Shown here piece after piece: positions 45,928 through 59,106 of a DNA stretch of 64,000 bases. The DNA comes from Phoronis australis (taxonomy: Eukaryota; Animalia; Phoronida), in the NCBI GenBank assembly GCA_002633005.1, contig NMRA01000215.1, forward strand, positions 474,852 to 538,851, written 5' to 3'. Below the pieces are notes generated by a model. That model was not told where the DNA came from. It made no database searches and was given only the letters and a program-made list of their open reading frames with translations. Each line of letters starts with the position of its first letter. The first letter of the stretch is position 1. The position numbers and the translations under genes were made by a program.

Positions 45928-48796
45928 CGTAATATGTAAGCACAAAAGGTTCGGGATGTTTAAGAAAAAATCAAAAAATCACCAACAACCTTCGGGCCAT
46001 TCTGTGTGAAGACACTTCAGGTATGTGGGAAGATTTGTATGGAAAATCAATTAATTAATTTCATGACCTGCGGACGGAGAAGATGCAGATATCAAAATGA
46101 TTGCATGACCGTATTTTTCGTTCAAACACGATTACGGAAATTTGCATTTTTGCGACTTGACTGTGAACAACGAAAAGTTGTTTGCTGAAATACGAGTGGA
46201 CAAAGGTGTTAAAAATTACCTTACCTTAGAAAGAACTCCAACAGCAAAATGGAACAGTTCTAACTCCTTTTTATTAATTATTATGTACACGTATACTTTC
46301 ATCATTCCCGTTCCATTTCCTTTTTCGGACAAACATGAACGCGCATACACAACGCATAACGTAAGTTTTAAGTGTCATTAAAAGTATGCCATTCAAAACA
46401 CTTGTACACGTATTATTAATCTTAATAACATTCAACAGCAGCCCGTTGCTGTATTGCCATTGACAACAACGTGCTGTAATACGTCATGGGTGCAGCTCCG
46501 ATCATTGAGTGCACTCTTAACGTTCCGTAAAGTTATGGTACGGTACGCCGAATATCTGGCTCTTCGCTGTCGTTAGAAAAATTTACTGTACGGTATTTCT
46601 GTAGTCGCCATTAATACCGGATGTTTTCCTTCTGCAAAAATACATATCACAGTACCATTTGACACGTGAATTTTGTTTTAAAACCATATGCAAAATTCCA
46701 TGATTCTTCCATGCAATTGAGAGGAAGAGTTTAAGTTGAAACTAAGTTTACGCCAATGTTAAATCTATATGTATGCGGTGTTACGTGAGCAATTATTGAA
46801 ATTCTTCTCGTATACGATCAATTTTCAGCACAGCAATTTTTTGACAATTATCTAACAACTTTTTAGTTCTCTAGTCACACATTTCTTGCTATTTACCTCA
46901 AAATGTCTAGTTGGACTCAGCGCCAGGTTGAAAATCGATCTTCCATAACTCTCTCTTGTGCCTTCCTTCGCCGTACACTTAATCCCTAATTCGACATTAG
47001 AAACATTTGATTATACAGGGGTAGACCCATTATAGTATTTAACTAACGTGCTAGGAACGCGACTTAAACGCTATCATTGCTACCTTGCGGTCGGTGTTGA
47101 TATAGTATATCAGGCCATCTTTCAATGTCTGAAATCCAGTTACCGCGGCGAGAGCAACTAGCCGTAACATAGCTGAAGGAATCCCTGAGCGAGGATCTAC
47201 ATGTATAAATATACGTCGATGTTGGAGTGCATATTTACCCAAGCAAGGTGTTAAGTTTCGAAATGCATCGACTTCTTAGTCGAAAACAACCAATGTTTGA
47301 TAAGTTCTGATGCAAAACAGAATTCAGTAAATTGCAGTTTGGTTCTAGAAGTCGAATTATATTAGTGGATGCAATACATATACAGTCCTGTTTTAGCATT
47401 GGACCAGCCTCGTGAGGGTCATGTTAACTTTGCAAACGTCTGCACGAAATCTACATGTGGCAAAAGGAAAAAGTAAGATCAGACGATTTTCGCAATGTTC
47501 TTGGTATTTAAAAAATCAACGAGAACGAGCTGTCATGCAAACTTTTGTAAGTAATCGTGGACGTCATACAACTCAGAACGTCAAACTTCTGATTTTGATG
47601 GCAGGCACATTGAAATTAAATATGGCGACCACAAATTACTAAAGCAATGGTAAGGTATTCAAATTAACTGTTAAGAAAAAAGCGATTGTTTCACACAAAA
47701 AAAACCGGTCACCGTGTTCTTAGATATCTCAGACGTCAGGTTATTGCTAGATTACTGATGGTGCTGTTTTAATCGCTTTGTAAAAGACAGCCATGTTGAA
47801 ATTCAATACGGCGAACGTCAATTATAAAAACATTGGTATAATTTAAATCTTCGGGCATGAAAATGAGGCGTTAAACACAAAAACAGTGTTTCTAGGTGAC
47901 CCAAAAATTAATATATAAGCAATTAGTGATTTAAAAGACAGTCATAGCAAGAAAATTCAAAATGGCGGGCACAGTCGCAAGAGCAGCCTTAGACTTTTAA
48001 TTCAAATCTACTGGCGTGAAAATGGGGAGCTTTGTAAGTTACTCAAAAGCGACATCTCTATGGGTCCCAAAAGGTGCCTATATGCTTTGCATGAAATTCA
48101 ATGTGTCTGCTCTCCGATGGATTGCTGGCGATCAAGGTCTATATCTAGAAACTTGTGTTGAAGTGTCCTAAGTTTTGACTAGTTTTGATTCCCTAAAGTA
48201 TTTACGTCTTGTACTCTATCACCATGCAATCGCAATTATGTGAAGACCAGTATGCCCGCCTCCACTGACACAACACAACTGTTTTCCAGTCGACGAGCTT
48301 TTTGGAAAGCAGATGTTGTGTACGCGCACGATACGTCCCGAAATCGGAAAGAATGTTTTGTACTTTTAAAAAGCATTAGGGGAGAATTAAATGTAGTGAC
48401 AGAGGTTTCCAAGCATATCTGACCTTCACGTTTAACAAGGGACTGGGGACGAGATGACCGGGGAGGAACATCATTTTTTTAGTGATAATGCGGAAATCCA
48501 GATCAACCTTCTACGGTTAGTGGGCCCAACGTGTATTAGCTCAAACAACGTCACGTTAGAATGCGAACTTTGACCTCAAAAGCGCGCCAATATTCAAGAT
48601 CACAATTCCCCCCTACATTTCACTAGCTGGCGATTAGATGTTCTGTTGTTGAGATTGTGATGTGGCCAACAGATGGCGTGCAGACACGACTTTAATGTTT
48701 GCAACATTGTGAAAGACTTTTAGTTGATGTGAGTAATCTAAGAGAAGATTTGTTTAGTAAATGCAAATTTGCCATTTGAGTTAATTCACTCCTGTT

Positions 48797-49124
48797 GCTG
48801 GTTGCATGAAACAGTCCCAAATAGGGACTCAACTAACCTCTTTAAATCTTCTGCACATTTGGGTTTTTTACTTACATATGTCATATTTTTCTGTTACTTT
48901 ATCTTTATTATGGGCCCTTTTTGACTAGTGGCACTTTCTTATAATACATTAGAAAACTGATCCCTTACTGTATTTCATTGAAAAGACAGTATTCTCGGTC
49001 ATGGTGTGTATCAAAGCTGAAGTTGACTTAATAATGAAGACTGAATAGCATTAGAAAGTTCAATCAGTGTTTTCATAAGTCTGCAAAAGCGGTGCCTATT
49101 TGGGTCTGATCGATGAAACCGGCC
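48797..49124. mobile_element. Harbinger-like MITE, same family as 21850-22265
   Basis: CTGGTTGCATGAAACAGTCCCAAATAGGGACTCAAC ... GATGAAACCGGCC. Confidence 0.6.
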
Positions 49125-49968
49125 ACCAATGTCAACTCATCGGTTTGCCTTTTTGTTCAGTATGACGTTATTGTGGAATTTGATGACGCGTGCTGAAGCC
49201 CTTTACCTAGAAAACGGACTGCAAAGATTGCACACTAGACTAGACGCCCTGACGTGCTCTGAATATGGCATATTTTAGCCCAGTACTCCTTCTAGCCGAA
49301 ATCCTGGGTATAAGCTTTGTAATTTGTGACTTATTTCTTCATGAACACGACCATTCCCGATGAATCGACTGCATTCCACAGGCGCGACAGAAAAGTGACG
49401 TTTTGTCCATAAATAACACCTTTTGAATAGGTTTCTGACTCACCGCAGTCATTTTAAATGTACTTTAATATTACCATTAGGTCAGGCAAACTGATGAGGA
49501 TTTCTGTATCTCGGGTAAATTTTCCATGCCGAATAAAACTAGGTACATTTTGACTGCAGCGTCATCTATATATCAATGTTATATAACAACTAGCAGGTGG
49601 GAATTTCTGAAAGCGTGCATTGAACATTTTAAAAGTATAATCACATCATCATTACGGATCACATTATGTGGATACCGGTCTACTCCTAATGGCATTCGTT
49701 ATTTTGTCCTCAGTTAAACAGTACTCTTGCAATTATTTTTGAAAAAAAAAACACACCAAAAATCACTGTTTAGCCACTTCATCCTATCTGCTTGTACATT
49801 GTAAGCTGTGTGACACGGTACACTAAAACCTCAGATTAAAATTGAGCGGAGAGGCAATCTGCTGCAGGCTTATGGTGCACAAGAATCTTTTAAGCCCTAA
49901 ATGCAGGAGCGTGGTAAAATTTTTCAAATACGCATGCGCGAGATCGGAGATTTGGTCTAATTTATGAT

Positions 49969-50003
49969 TGTGTGTGTGTATATATGCATGCATGTTTGTA
50001 TAT

Positions 50004-50063
<60 letters not shown>

Positions 50064-50146
50064 CTGTATTTATGTATGTAGTGTTATTGTGTTTGTTTTG
50101 TATGTGTGTGTGTGTGTGTGTGTGTGCGCGCACGCGCGCGTGTGTA
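49969..50146. repeat. (GT)n compound microsatellite
   Basis: Long TG runs. Confidence 0.95.
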
Positions 50147-52065
50147 TATGCTTTTCTTTCAAACACTGTTGCATGGTCATAACGATGATCTAACATAGCT
50201 CACAGTATGTCACATAACACAGATCACCATGCGCGCACCCGGGGGGGGGGGGGCTCGAAACGAAGTGGGCAAAAAGTCCGCCACAGAGAAACAAAAAACA
50301 AAAAGTCCCAGAAAACGATGCAAAGTCCACCAAAAAGGTGCAGACGCACAGTTCACAGTTCTGAAGGTGGTATCCCGTTTTTTTAGTCCTGCCGCCTTTT
50401 CTTGTAAGCAAAAGGTCTACATCGTCAGAAATTCGAGCCCCCCATATTAAAGGCTTGGTGCGTGCATGATCACAGTATGTCGCATCACCTATTGGGTATG
50501 GAGTGCTTAATAGTACAAAGATGCAACGCGAGTGATATTAAAATAAATTTTGGTTCGATGTATGTCCGGACATTTGAGCAGCCTACCCTAGAACGTAACA
50601 ACTGCGGCAAACTGTAATTTAAAAAGAGTCAGTTTGATTGTAGTGACTGGTCGTTATTTTTTGTATTTTTGCCCGAGGTAGTTGGATGTGCTAACGTGAA
50701 ATACACGTACACTGGTGATGTACTTTGAACGGAAGTTCGTTAGTACCGAAAAACAAACATGGCAAAATGCCAATTAATCGGTCATCGGCCATTACTTTGA
50801 ATTAAATTCCATCCGGATTTTGCAAGTTAAAGTTTCCGTCAGAAAGACTAGATCGATTAGAAGTAAAGAGTTAGAAAAGACAGCCACATATTACCTATGG
50901 AGTAAAACCTCGTGTCATTTTGTTCACGAAATGGCGTGTTGTTTTTTTTGGATTTTAAATCTGCATTTGCCCTGTTTAGCTGACAAAAATGAAAATATAT
51001 TTGTCTTTTAGTGTCATAAAATTGGTCTCATTAATAATTTTACCATGATAGGACTCCATTTCCTTTACCATCTCAAGACACCTACAATGGACACATGCGC
51101 CATTTTTGAATTTGCAGTTCATTGGCCAACCCTAATAAAGTTTGGAACGTTTTCCTGAGTCACTGATGGTTTCGAAGCTCTCGTTTGTAAAGAAAATAAA
51201 ATCCTATCACGGTGAGGAATATTATGAGACTAGCTTTATAATGCCCAATTCAATTTTCGGTTATTATCTAGATTGGGCCAAATGAAACTCTATATGTTTT
51301 TCTTCATCCCGTTCTTGTTTATTTTTTAGCGTGGCGTGTAGTCGCTAAACATCTGGGACCCGTTTTGCCAAAGGCTTTTTTCACAACAAGCATGAAGATT
51401 TTTCTGCAACAGATGGCGCAGCAATGAGAATGCACGCCGGAGGTGCATATCAGAAATCTAAGAAGTTAATACAACTTTTGGCATGAGTTCTATATCTGTG
51501 ACTTTCGTTGGCCGCAAGTCGTAAAAATAAAATTGCTTAATGTTTATGCAGTCAAGGCATGGTGCTTAAGTTCATATACCTGAAAAAAATAATTTGCGTC
51601 ATTAAAAACTTTCTGTGGATCGACCAATGGGGTGATGGGTACTTATCGATGTCTAGTTACGCTCCTGGTAAGATATTAGCATTTAACTGGTGGCGTCGGA
51701 AGAGCTACAAGAAGTAGAAAGCGGACAAATATAACCAAGGAGATAATTCCGTAGGCTCCTAAGAAAGTACTAAAAGTTATTTAGACGGGGCACAGACAGA
51801 ATTGAGCCATATCAACATCTGCATCCACCAGTCGCCACCAGTTTCCGCTGCGTAATTTTCGCCTGTTTCAAGGACCCCTCTCCCATCCTCCATCAAGATT
51901 AACGTCTCACTTCTGTGATACTGCTGTTACGGCGTCGTGTTTCATACTGTCACTAACTTCGTACTACATGTAGTATAACTAGACCGTGATATAGCCGGGA
52001 AACGAAACACAGATACTAGCAATTCGTCTGAAAACCGAAAACACTAAATCAATAAAGAATCCGCT

Positions 52066-52349
52066 CAGTGGCGGATCTAGGATACCATAAGGGGGGGACA
52101 AAACTTTGTATCGGGCAATTGCGTAAAGCACGACTGCATGCGCGCACCCAGTCTGAAATGAAGGAGGGCTTGGACTTCTGAGAATGTGAACCTCTTTGCT
52201 GAATTGCAACGCACAACTAAAAAAAAAAAAAAAACGAAGANNNNNNNNNNNNNNNNNNNNNNNNNNNNNNNNNNNNNNNNNGCGGCAGCCAAGGGTGGGG
52301 GGGGGGGGGAGGGGGGAGGGGTTGCCCTCCCCCCCTCAATTCGCATATG
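52066..52349 (+). mobile_element. hAT-like MITE (CAGTGGCGGATC.. end) spanning an assembly gap; related to 58735-59106
   Basis: Shares its first ~90 bp with the 58735 copy; 41 N at 52241-52281; TSD not evident. Confidence 0.55.
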
Positions 52350-52785
52350 CAGCGAGCACTAAGTTGTTTCAAGTGAGACTAATCTAAAGTTAGTTCATTG
52401 GTCTTCAAAACTGATGTTTGACAAATAACGATTATGATGTTGGTAATGAGTGCACCGCAAAGCTAATTTGAAACGTTAGCAAGGGTCAAGGATGCAGTTC
52501 TAATCATTAATTGCTGAAGAACCTCAATAGATACTCATTCTGAAGGTTTGCACTTAGGCACGTCATGGGTTTTTGCAAGACATGTTCCACTGATATCAAA
52601 CATGACGTCCGCCCCGGGTTCAAAGCATATTGAGTACATCCGCTGACACTATGCTCATAGGCATAAGAGATGAATTCTGTCATAAAATTAAGGAATGAAG
52701 CTTGTGAACGCCTGAACGCGCAGTTACAGGGAAATAACACTACACCCAGTTTTGTCCTTAGTTTTACCTAATCTGTGCACAATTA

Positions 52786-52945
52786 CATTGGCGGATCCAG
52801 GGGGGTGAAGGGTGTCCGGACACCCCCTTTTCCCTTGATTTTAGTGATATCAAATCTTAAATTTTCAAATTGTTGATTTGCATCCCTCGTTTTAAGTAAT
52901 CCTTGATCCGAATCCCCCTTTTAAAAAATCTTGGACCTATGCCTG
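52786..52945. mobile_element. Short hAT-like MITE
   Basis: CATTGGCGGATCCAGGGGG ... CCCCCTTTTAAAAAATCTTGGACCTATGCCTG. Confidence 0.5.
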
Positions 52946-53330
52946 AATTAGACCTAGGTGCCTGTGTACGTGAAGCTCTACCCGTCTTACATGTGCTTGT
53001 AACTTTAAAGGATACTAAACCATGTTTTGGTGATATCAATCAAAGCTTCGTTCTTTCACCTGCTAATGCATCACTGGCGTCCCGCATGAGTGATACAAGC
53101 AGAATTCAAATAAACATTCATACTCTTTGAGTCACAAATTGAACACTATGGACCTTGACTGTTGTTGTGTAACTATCCTAAAGCGCGTGGGTCACGCTTG
53201 TCCGTTTAGCGCTCCAAACTTTTGCCTGTTGTCGAGGGTTGCAGAGCATTATTTCGTTTCAAAGAACTGGACAGCAAAGTTGTTTTCAATATCTGTTAAT
53301 AGGCCAAAACCGGGTTTTGGTATCCTTTTC

Positions 53331-53478
53331 CATGGGCGGCGCAGCACTGAAAAAAAGTGGGGGCTAAAGCCCCCCTCAGACCCCCTGTGGTGCACCGCCT
53401 ATAGACCATGTGCGGCATAGCACTGAAAAAAGTGGGGGGCTACAGCTCCCCCCAGCCCCCTATGGTGCGCCGCTCATG
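53331..53478. repeat. Two tandem ~70 bp hairpin mini-MITEs
   Basis: GCGGC..AGCACTGAAAAAAGTGGGGGCTA..GCCCCC..TGGTGC.CCGC repeated twice. Confidence 0.6.
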
Positions 53479-53680
53479 TTTTAAGGACGTGCGCGAAAGC
53501 GCTAAAACATTAGAAGGAAACAAGGAAGTTTGTGCTAGGTCAATATGTAAATAAAAATTTTGACATAACATGTTTCCTGGTCAAGATTAAGTTATTGTTT
53601 GATACTGAGAATTGATAAAACAGCAAGGCACGCTTGAGCTGTACAAAGGACACGTACCAAGCAAGAATTCAACAAAACTA

Positions 53681-54187
53681 CCGTATAGCCCTGCAATTAG
53701 GCGTATGTGCCTAATTGCGGGACTTGCGTCTATATGTGGGACATTTGAGTAGAACTTGCGTTGATTACATATATGGTGCTCCTTATATAGATGCACCTTC
53801 AATGTTCGAAAAACACTCCTAGTTTGCACGTGGATTCAGTAATAGTGCAAATTCTTTCTGATGACAAACATATACATGTAGGCCTACTAGCCGAAGAACT
53901 TGTACTGCTTGTTCGTCTTGGCAGGAAAATAGCACGTCTACGGATTAGACGTGAAAGCCAATGCCACGTAGTAGATTGGTTGAGCAATCACGACTCGATT
54001 GCAGTTAAAACGTTGGAGCGGTTAAGTATATGCATTTAGTGTATTTTTTAAATCATTGAAGGTGCGTCTAGAAGCACCGTCTGCGCCTAATTGCGGAACT
54101 TAGGCCCACGCGCCTATCTGTTGAACACTTGAGTAAATAATCTTGCAAAAAAAACGAAGTGATCCGCCTAATTGCAGGACTATACGA
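53681..54187. mobile_element. pogo/Tc1-like MITE
   Basis: TA|CCGTATAGCCCTGCAATTAGGCG ... CGCCTAATTGCAGGACTATACGA|TA; subterminal GCCTAATTGCGG repeats. Confidence 0.75.
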
Positions 54188-54734
54188 TAGTTGAAATGGC
54201 GTCGAAGTCGATGCTGACAAATTATCGACGTCTAAACAACATAAATTCAATCGAAATTCAACAGGGGTTTTGTTCCCAACGAACATTCCTTGTCATTATA
54301 ATACTAATTTGTCTTTATTGGGGATTATCGACGTCTACACAACGACGTCACTACTGTAGCATTCCACGTGCACTATCGTGCCAGCAATTTTGCCTCAAGT
54401 GGTTGAACTTATCAACTCCTTTGCTCAGTTTAAACGTCTAGTTTTGCGCCTACGGGAAAAAGGAAAGTAAATGGTCAGGGAAATTATTTAATGGTCCCCA
54501 TACTTTTCTGAGGACCTAATCAAGTTATTTTCTTAAAGATTATACCCTCCCGAAAGAGGATGTAAATCAAGTTGGACCCTATAAAATGGCCAAATTTGAC
54601 TAACTTTGGAACATCATATGTCACAAATGGCAGATCGGATTCACGTGAAACATTTAAATACTATGTTTTATGCTCTGTTCTCTAAAACAATGCGAGTAAT
54701 TGTTTTTAAAATGCTTTACTTTTGTATTAGGGAC

Positions 54735-54890
54735 CAGTGCTGTAGTGGGGCGTAGGCGCACGTAGGCGCAGCCAACCACCTTTTGGCATTTGAACGTAGC
54801 GCCTGAGCACCGTGAGTTACGTTCGGTGCTCAGTGTGATACGGTGGGCTTTGGGCGCCTACTTACCTCTAATTTTACCACTATAGCACTA
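54735..54890 (-). mobile_element. hAT-type MITE, inverted copy of 35252-35406
   Basis: Same TIRs; 8 bp TSD TTAGGGAC/TTAGGGGC (one mismatch). Confidence 0.85.
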
Positions 54891-57665
54891 TTAGGGGCTA
54901 TCAGAAACAAGACTTTTACGATTTTCATCAAACAACTTTCAAGTTTCATAAAACGAAAACGAAATAATACTTTAGAAAACTGTAACTGCGTTTTAGATAG
55001 CTCATCTTGAAAATTTATATCGTACAAAATTTGGTCCTGTTATTGATATAGTTGTATCTTTACGTTTTTGCTTAATTTTACTAAAAAACATGGTCACGTG
55101 ACCCAAAAATTACAGATTGATACAAAGTCAAAAATCGAATTCTACAGGCTTTCTATTTTCAGGAAATAGATACACTCATTGAATTCAAATCTAGTTTTCT
55201 AGATAAAGCACAGAATTGTCGATAAGGCCCTACATATGTAACATGATAACCCGTGAAACAATTTAATTTTGATGGTGACCAGTCAACTGTCGAGCTCACT
55301 CGTGATCGGCGACTTTTGCCGACGGATGGACAGTTTATTTCATGTGAGCTAATCTTCTGGGGGATAATTTCTATCAATCATTTCTAGACTGTTATGCGCT
55401 CATACAGTGTAATTACTTGTCTAAACCTTTTTTCAACAATTGTGAAGGAGGAACGTAAGACCAATTTTCTAGTTTAAGTGTTATAAGTCGCCTTATGAAA
55501 CAGACCTCCAGTGATGAAAACCAGCGTTCCCCGCTCATAGTGAGCCTACGGAAACGAGTGGTCTGACGTCATTGTTTGAGTTCGTCTGAATTATAGATGT
55601 CCAGGACCGATTTGTACATTGACGTGGGCGGCGGATATGGGCACCAAAATAATAACATCGTCGAGACGTCAGATTTCTAACGTCGAGCGCACTCATGACA
55701 TTAGTATTTTGTCAAGTTTGATCGCAACACATACCATGTCTTCTGGACGTCAGATTTCATACGTACGTTGAACGGATGTCTGCAGATCGACGTTGATTTT
55801 ATAACTTCCGGCGACGTCGTAACCTACTCATACCAAATATCGACGTTAAAATTTTAGCTGGCGAGCGCCTACGCATAAAACACACGTGCGGAACTCTTCG
55901 AGCGAAAATATTATTTCGAATACAGCTGTTAGGGCCTAAATGTGCACATACCACTATACGGCGAAATTAAGTGTCTAGGTTCACATATACCCATCCTAAT
56001 TGGTACTGGTACCACTGTTTAAAACAGTGTAAACTATCGTTACCGTACCCATTACGCTCCATTTTAGAAAGTATTCAAATATCCACCATCGGACAAAAAA
56101 CATTTAAAAAACACCCCTTTCTCTATCTGACGTGTTAAGCAACCGGTGATGACAATGCAACCAACATTCAGCTTTTTAGTGGGTCAAATGATAGGTTCAC
56201 TTCATCGCACAGGGAGTGTTTGTGAGCTGGAAAATCTCGATACTTTCGGTATTCCCAGTGCTCGGAATGAAACGTTCTTCGTAATAATTAGCTTAGCTCT
56301 CTGTTGCGTCATCTAGAAGATGGTTTATGTAAGCTGTTAGTCACGAAACAACTCGAAATCTTCGATACGTATACTTCTGAACCGACCTGTCGCTAGACAG
56401 CTAGAAAACCTGTTTTTGTGATTTCAATGATAAGAAATCGGCGATTCACGTTTCATTTCAAGCCATTCTGTTGAATTAAATGAAATCGAGACCGGCTCAA
56501 GGGACGTTATCGGTGAGAAAAGTGATTTTCTGGGATCAGCCTCAGCGCGAAATCGTACTCATGTGAAGAATTTCTCGCTTACACTGGTCACCGCTCAGAT
56601 TCCCTAAGCCCCAGACAACTTTTGAGATGCCTATTCAGCACGCCCTTTGTATTGATGTAGATTTGAGTTAATGATGTGGAAATATAATAGCTAGCATTAC
56701 TGTCTCAACAATGTTTGTTGTTAGTACCTCTAATTTGGTTTTCTATGCCATTTGCAGAGTTACAGCCTGCAACTCTTGAGAGTAATTTTAACTTGGTACA
56801 TTATAAATATTACAAAATGACTAAAAAGGTTAACTTGTGTTTATCTTCACAAAGGGCCACTTCCCAAAGGAACGATATGTTTCATATTGGTTTTCGTTAT
56901 TTAATTTTCAATGCTTCTGCCCACTTGTTTTTTTTTTCTTTCCGGGAACTGGTTGATAAATTTTATTTAAGTTTTAAACTTGAAGTACGAAAACAGTGGT
57001 AGATTTTGATCGCCAGCTAAACTTAATTAGTTAAGTTCATTGTGAGCCCATCCATAAACTTACCACATTACAGGTACAATAAACATTTCGCGTGTCACTA
57101 AAGTTTAATTTTTATTAGAACTCAAATCATAAAATATATACAAAAGTGCAAATACATGTATGGTGATAACCAAACTGAAGAATTGGAATCTCTGGATAAT
57201 TTCGGTGGCATTGACTATATAACTATTCTAGCTCTTTGTCAGTAATAAAAAATGAAAAGTGGCCACAACAACTTTTTCCTGGTCAAAAATCTGGTTAAAC
57301 GAGATTGAAAGAATATTAAAAAAATGAATCTATGTGATATTGTTAACTCTGATCAGCGTTTGTATATCCACCGAGTATATCAATAGGTGCTGTAGTTTAT
57401 CTTCAATCGTACCCAATGGTTGTAGTTTTTAGATTACTAGTTTATGTATTTTTGAAAATCGAAAACCGTACTTGGTTGTTTTTTTCCAGCTGTATACCGC
57501 CGTGGTGTTCTGTTTTTAACGAAAATTAGTGGTTAATGCATTTTGAAAATTCGCCATTATGTACAATCAAAGTTGATTAATACAGATTATGGTCGGATAA
57601 TTACAATGCGGTCATCACAACTGTACATGATTCCGGCGCCCGAGCTCTCTTTGAAACTGGTAAAA

Positions 57666-58021
57666 CACGGGTGAGAAACAACATGACCGCCGGTCCTCTA
57701 AATCGTACTGACTCACCCAAAACAGGACTTCTGGGGATCAAATGGGACCGTCGCACCAGAAAATGGGATTGACGCACCTAAAAACATGACCGCCCCATCA
57801 CAAAACAGGACCGCCGGGACCACCGGACAATATGCGGTTTCAATCCCTGGCGGTCATGTTCAATCCCCGGCGGTCCTGTTTTCTGGTGGGGCGGTCATAT
57901 ATTTTTAGGTGCGTCAGTCCCATTTTCTGGTGCGACGGTCCTATTTGATCCCCGGAGGTCCTGTTTTGGGTGAGGCGGTCCGATTTAAGAGGACCGGCGG
58001 TCATGTTGTTTCTCACCCGTG
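57666..58021. mobile_element. Near-palindromic 356 bp MITE, Transib-like (CAC..GTG ends, 5 bp TSD)
   Basis: TAAAA|CACGGGTGAGAAACAACATGACCGCC ... GGCGGTCATGTTGTTTCTCACCCGTG|TAAAA; arms of about 150 bp. Confidence 0.8.
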
Positions 58022-58734
58022 TAAAAGCCGCTCAGAAGGACGAGCGGTGAAAATTCCCTCATATCTTTAGAAATGTGTGACTTCCTTGTAAGCGTATTAT
58101 TCACGGTATGTCCCGCGGTGGCAGTATTGTTCCATACAATGAGCTATATAAATAGAGGTAACACGACTGTACTCGCGGTCCGCCATATTGATGATGAACG
58201 ATATGTAAACAAAAGCACGGTGGCCTTATGGAAGCCAGGAAAATTTCAGAAGAAAATTTTAAATTTTAAATACTATCGAGGTTTTAAAATATTGGTAATA
58301 TAAAGCAATGTAAACATGTGACCGACGGGTGCTTAAACGGTCAATATAAGGCCGTGAAAAGACATAATTCCCCAATTATTTGACCGGGAATCGTTGCCGT
58401 CATGGCATGGGATCTTTTGACGGTTTACGAATTACACCGCGTACTTTTTATAATTGTTTAAAAACACCTCAATGTCTTTAATACCCACATGAGAATCTAG
58501 TTCTTAACTCGTTTTGTTTCAACTAAGCTTATAATTGTACAGAACTTGATTATTACTTGTTTACAAGCCGTAAAAGATGATCAGCTGGAAAGGAGACACT
58601 TCCATAAACCATTGCATTCCTAAAATATACATCAAGTTAATTTTTGTCAACTTTAGCTCAAGGAGATCCCATTTAATGCATCGGGTAATTTTATGAACTT
58701 CTCCTCAACCTTGAAATAAGTTGAACTGAAATTT

Positions 58735-59106
58735 CAGTGGCGGATCCAGGATATCATAAGGGGCGGGCCCAATATTTTGTCTCCGGGAATCGCACAAAGC
58801 ACGATTGCGTGGGCGCACCCAGCCTAAAATATAGCAGGACTCGGAGAAAAAAAACAAAGAAACGGGAAACCGATTGCGCCGGCGATCTGACTTGGACAGT
58901 TGCAGTCTGGTTTGAGCTCCACCCCACACACACACACATACACATTCACACACTAACTAAAAGTGCACACATTGTTACATCTTGTTTCAACCGCATGTTA
59001 ATTTCCAGGGTTAGTCAATAAACTAAATACTTCCTCAAGAACTTGCTGTTTAATTTTTCCGGTAGCCAAGGGGTGGCCCGGGCCCACCCTCATGAATCCG
59101 CCTATG
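58735..59106 (+). mobile_element. hAT-like MITE
   Basis: CAGTGGCGGATCCAGGA ... TCATGAATCCGCCTATG; related to the 52066 copy. Confidence 0.55.

Noticed and set aside
49957-50196. His-Thr and Val-Cys repeat ORFs
   Set aside because: Translations of the (GT)n microsatellite.
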